From contig OX597826.1 in assembly GCA_951406725.2 (NCBI GenBank), positions 66,216,001 through 66,280,000 of the forward strand: a stretch of DNA of 64,000 nucleotides, given 5' to 3'. Within the stretch, counting starts at the first letter, position 1. Each line of letters starts with the position of its first letter. A program made the translations under genes and the position numbers. This document shows positions 62,681 to 64,000 of the stretch, one piece after another. Under the pieces are notes generated by a model that ran no database searches, had not been told where the DNA came from, and worked only from the letters and a program-made list of their open reading frames with translations. The DNA is from Octopus vulgaris (taxonomy: Eukaryota).

Positions 62681-62819
62681 AAAAAGGAGACATAAAGAAA
62701 AAAAATCGCTAAATTTAGCCCGAATTCTCTGTATACGTTCGGCCTTTGAGTTTTATTTTCCTGTTCATCTCATCAAACTTGTTTCTTCGTAATGTTCGCT
62801 TCTTTTATTTTTCATCCGT

Positions 62820-63059
62820 TTTAATCATTAGATTGCGGCCATGCCGGAGTACCGCATTGAAGAATTTTTAGTCGAATGAATCGATGCCAATACTTACTTT
62901 TTAAAGACTCCTACTTATTCTATCGGTTTCTTTTGTCGAACTGCCAAGTTACGGGGACGTAAATACACCAACGCCAGTTGCCATGCGGTGTTGGGGGACA
63001 AACATGAAACACATATACGTACATACATAGATACATACATACATACATACATACATACA

Positions 63060-63090
<31 letters not shown>

Positions 63091-63220
63091 GACAGGTTTC
63101 TTTCAGTTTCCACATTGGTTGGCCCGAGGCTATGGTAGAAGACACCGATGGTGTCACGCAGTGGGACTGAACCCAGAACCATGTGGCTGGGAGGAAGCTT
63201 CTTACGATATAGCCACGTCT
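62820..63220 (-). mobile_element. SINE family A, diverged
   Basis: Matches consensus; internal (TACA)n. Confidence 0.75.
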
Positions 63221-64000
63221 GAGATGGCAAAATAAATCTCAGACTTTTGAGACAATACTGATAGTCCGGAGTTGGCAAACCTCCATTAAAAAAACCCCAA
63301 AAAACCCCTGTAAAATGAATAAATTTGTGTAGCGTGATGAGGGTAAGAAATTCGAAGGCTTTATAAAAGATCTTTTGTCAGTGAAGAAATCACCACCATG
63401 AACTTGGCCCTGCGACAGGATCTTCGCTATCGCTCGTATAAGAGGCGCTAGGGACAAATTTTCTGTCACATTTTAAATCCTACCGTCCTGAAAAGGAAGG
63501 ATAAATTGGGTGATGTATTTAAGCAGAAAATGATATAAGCTCAAAACAAAGAATACCATTGGTTAAAATTCGAATAATTAAACTACGTTAAACTTAGAAA
63601 TTAGAATTTCGTTTTCAATTTGGTTTACAGTAATGTTTTCTTTTGACACATTCTACCAGTATACGAAGTTTCAAATTTTCTAGTTAGCTAGAAAATTCTG
63701 TCCATCTTTTAGAAAAGATCCCAGATACCTAATTCTCGAGAAAAAGACGGTATGGTCAAAGATGGCATGTCTTTGGTCTGGTTCTCTTGATGAAGGTTCA
63801 TTTGAAGTAATAGAATTCCAAGTTTTACGAACGGCCAAAATGCAGAATTACTTCCCTTACAATTGTTGTAGTAGGGAGTTATTTCCCTTAGCAGACTCTG
63901 ATTGTTGACGTTTCACCAAATATAAAGTTTATTTCATTGAAATTTTGTTTGATAGAATTTCTTGACCCTTAACAAGGCGTGTTAATTTCTCTATATTAAT

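Overview
AT-rich, microsatellite- and SINE-dense metazoan DNA. The repeat families and intron style point to an octopus (coleoid cephalopod); this is inference. The window has two convergent multi-exon genes, both assembled by hand with every splice phase checked. (1) A + strand gene for a small (~186 aa) single-RRM protein that I cannot name (coding exons 7846-20211). (2) DNAJA3/Tid1, the mitochondrial DnaJ co-chaperone, on the - strand (51560 down to 25804 or 24193), with two in-frame alternative last exons. The rest is transposon debris: gypsy pol, RTE and CR1/Jockey-like LINE pieces, hAT and Tc1/mariner fossils, MITEs, Helitron/Helentron-type elements and four recurrent SINE-like families. 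The most unusual signal is a set of unrelated small repeats, mostly inserted in (TA)n tracts, that carry Penelope-type type I hammerhead ribozymes. One has a fully intact core (54577-54667), one lies in the sense strand of a DNAJA3 intron (35222-35282), and one is fused to a tRNA-derived head in a fold-back next to an exon (17627-18087). Nearly all ORFs in the supplied track are repeat or microsatellite noise. Repeat boundaries are approximate unless a TIR or TSD is cited.
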